From assembly GCF_009914755.1 (NCBI RefSeq), contig NC_060947.1: a stretch of DNA of 64,000 bases; one strand, given 5' to 3'. The DNA comes from the human T2T-CHM13v2.0 reference genome, Homo sapiens. The position numbers were made by a program, and so were the translations under genes. Each line of letters starts with the position of its first letter. Within the stretch, counting starts at the first letter, position 1. Of the stretch, positions 60,101-64,000 are shown in pieces. The notes under the pieces were generated by a model, which worked only from the letters and a program-made list of their open reading frames with translations, ran no database searches and was not told the DNA's origin.

Positions 60101-60628
60101 AACTGAACAGTATTATCAATCAACTGTGTATAATTAGCATTTATGTAATACTTCATCCAATAAATGCAGAATATAGATTGTTCTGAAGCTCACATTCATC
60201 AGGATAGATTACATTCTGATAAAAAATAAATACACCTTAACAAATTTGAAGGAATAGAAATCACATGAAGTGTCTTCTCAGACTAACATGGAATTAAACT
60301 AGAGCTAGAAATCAATGACAGAGAAATAGCTACAACCGCCCCCCAGCCCCCAAATATTAGCAGGTTCTAAGGATTGAGGAAAAAAAGAGAAATTCTCCAA
60401 ATAACTAGACATTAAATGACACACTTCTAAACAACTCATGGGCCAAGAAATCACAAGAGAAATTCAAAAAATATTTTGAATTAAATAAAAATGAAAATAC
60501 AATTACCAAAATTTGTGAGGTTCAGCAAAAGTAGTGCTTAGGAGGAAATTTATAGCATTGAATGCATATATGAGGAAAGAAAATCTAAAATCAATAATCT
60601 AAGCTTCCATCTTGGAAAACTAGAGAAG

Positions 60629-61075
<447 letters not shown>

Positions 61076-61103
61076 AAGTAAACATAGAAAAAGAAGATAA
61101 ATA

Positions 61104-61524
<421 letters not shown>

Positions 61525-61968
61525 TTAAAAACCCAGTCAAGAGAAACTGTTCTGAGAAAGTGTAGACATTGGAATTACTTGACAAAGACTTTAAGTTTGC
61601 TATTTTAAATACATTGAAACAACTAAAGGGAAACAATGTCTACAGAACTAAAGAAAGTATGAAAAGGATGCCTCGCCAAAATGAGAATATCAATAAAGAA
61701 ATAAAATTATAAAAAAGAAACAAACAGAAATTCTGAGGTAAAAAATATGACTGAAATGAAAAATTCACTAGAGGGGGCTCCACAGATTTGAGTAGGCAGA
61801 AGATAAAAACAGCAAACTTGAAAGTAGATAAATTGACATTACCAAGTGTGGGGAACAGAGAACATTTTTTTAAAAAAATTAACTGAGCCTTAGGGACCTG
61901 TGGGATACCATCAAGAATATTAACATAATGGGAGTTATAGAAAGAGAGGGGAGAGAGAGAATGGGGCA

Positions 61969-62367
61969 TGTCTTGGTTTATTTGTGCTACTGTAACAGAA
62001 CGCTAGAGACTGGGTAATATATAAAGAACAGAAATATATTTCTTACAGTCTTGGAGGCTGGGAAATCCAAGATCAAGGTGCTGGGAGGTTTGGTTTTCTG
62101 GTGAGGGCTGCTCTCTGCCTCCAAGATGGTGAACTTATTGCCGCACCCTTCAGAGGGGAAGAATGCTGTGTCCTCACAAGGCAGATGGGAGAAGAGCAAA
62201 AAGAGCAAAAGGGCCAAAAGGTGTGTGAAGCTTCTTTTTATAAAGGCCCTAATCCCAGTTATGAAGGAGGAGCCCTCATGGCTAATCCCCTCTTAAAGGC
62301 CCCATCTCTTAACACTATGACATTGACAACACCTGAATTTTGGAGGGGACATATTCAAACCGTAGCA
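61969..62367 (-). mobile_element. MST/MLT1A-type MaLR solo LTR within an old L1 ORF1 fragment
   Basis: TGTCTT...CATATTCAAACCGTAGCA; 5-bp TSD GGGCA. Confidence 0.88.
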
Positions 62368-62642
62368 GGGCAGTAAGACTATTTGAAGAAACAATGGCCG
62401 AAACCTCCCAAATTAGATGAAAAGCATTGATCTGCCTATCTAAGAAGCTAAATGACCTCCAAGGAGGAGAAACCCAAAGAGATCTGCACCTTGACACACC
62501 ATACTCAAACTGTCAGAAGACAAAGAAAGAATATTGCAAGCATCAAGAAGAAAACAATGCATCTCATACAAGTCATTCTCATAAGATCGACAGCTTATTT
62601 CATATAAGAAACCACAAAGCCTAGAAGCAGTGGGATAACATT

Positions 62643-63698
62643 CAGTAGTCCCCCCTTATCCATGGTTTTACTCTCCTCAGTTTCAGTTATCTATGGTCAA
62701 CTTTAATTCAAAAACAGGTAATATAGTACAATAAGCTCTTTTGAGAGAGACAGAGAGAGAAAAAGACCACATTTGCATAACTTTTACACAGTATATTGTT
62801 ATAATTGTTCATTTTATTATTGTTGTTAATCTCTTACTATGGCTAATTTATTTTTTAAAATTTTACTTTAAGTTCTGTGATACAGGTGCAGAATGTACAG
62901 GTTCATTATATAGGTATATGTGTGCCATGGTGGTTTGCTGCACCTATCAACCTATCATCTAGATTTTAAGCCCTGCATGCATTAGCTATTTGTCCTGATG
63001 CTCTCTCTCCCTCCCCATCCCCCTGACAGGCCCCAGTGTGTGTTGTTCCCCTCCCTGTGTCCAAGTGTCCTCATTGTTCAACTCCCAATTATGAGTGAGA
63101 GCATGTGGTGTTTGGTTTTCTGTTCCTGTGTTACTTTGCTGAGGATGATGGCTTCCAGCTTCATCCATGTCCTTGCAAAGGACATGATCTCATTCCTTTT
63201 TATGGCTGCATAGTATTCCATGGTGTATATGTACCACATTTTCTTTATCCAGTCTATCATTGATGGGCATTTGCGTAGTTTCCATGTCTTTGCTATTGTA
63301 AATAGTGCTGCAATGAACATATGTGTGCATGTATCATTATAGTAGAATGATTTATATTCCTTTGGGTATATACTCAGTCATGAGATTGCTGGGTTAAATG
63401 GTATTTCTGGTTCTAGGTCCTTGAGGAATCACCACACTGTCTTCCACAATGGTTGAACTAATTTACATTGCCACCAGCAGTGTAAAAGCATGCCTATTTC
63501 CCCACAGCCTCACCAGCATCTGTTGTTTCTTGACTTTTTAATAATTGTTATTGTGACTGTCACTATGCCTAATTTATAAATTAAACTTCACCATAGTCAT
63601 GTATGTATAGAAGAAACTATATATAAGGTTTGTTACTATCCACAGTTTCAGGCTGGGGGTCTTGGAATGCATCCCTTGCAGATAAAGGAGAACTACTG
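62643..63698. mobile_element. MER44-like (TcMar-Tigger) element split by an L1
   Basis: TIRs CAGTAGTCCCCCCTTATC / GATAAAGGAGAACTACTG followed by TA. Confidence 0.8.
62851..63561 (-). mobile_element. 5'-truncated L1PA 3' end
   Basis: TSD ACTATG(G/C)CTAATTTA at 62836-62850 and 63562-63576; remnant [13 protein letters not shown]. Confidence 0.9.
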
Positions 63699-63769
63699 TA
63701 GCTAAAAGAAAAAGGCTGTTCAAGCAAGAAACTTATATGCCGCAAAACTATTTTACAAATAAAAGTGAA

Positions 63770-64000
63770 TTCCTAATGGCATATGATGTTGAGCATCTTT
63801 TAATATGTTTATTTTGCTATCTGTACCTCTTCTTTGGTGAGGCATCTGTTCAAATCTATGGCCCATTTTTAAATTGGTTTGTATGTTTTCTTGTTGTTGA
63901 GTTTTGAGTTCTTTGTACATTTTGGATACAGTCCTTAATCAGATATATGTTTTGCAAATATTTTCTCCTACTCTGTTGTTTGTCTTTTCGTTCACTTAAC
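63770..64000 (-). mobile_element. Old L1M ORF2 fragment (runs off the window)
   Basis: GATGTTGAGCATCTTT...TGTTGAGTTTTGAGTTCTTTG. Confidence 0.75.

Overview
Human (primate) genomic DNA. The only protein-coding gene I can support is GPR50 (melatonin-related orphan GPCR, Xq28), on the + strand with two coding exons (24701-24887 and 27750-29416). They encode 617 aa, and this copy is the TTGH(502-505)-containing, T532, V606 allele. The gene has a CCAAT/TATA-like/GC-box promoter between two CpG islands, in the region where the antisense lncRNA GPR50-AS1 is annotated. The first ~22 kb is repeat-rich intergenic sequence (Alu, MIR, L2, L1, MaLR LTRs, hAT MITEs) with a candidate homeodomain/SOX/TCF enhancer. 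From ~32.5 kb to the end the sequence is almost continuous, deeply nested LINE-1, including a ~6.2 kb full-length but disabled L1PA. I cannot support a wholly new biological system. The best leads are a frame-preserving cryptic exon with a perfect donor in the GPR50 intron, a promoter-like element with a repeat-built small ORF pointing back at the GPR50 3' end, an L1 insertion with 5' inversion plus apparent 3' transduction, and an intact L1 endonuclease-domain ORF with a new ATG. Repeat subfamilies and boundaries were assigned by eye and are approximate unless a TSD is quoted.
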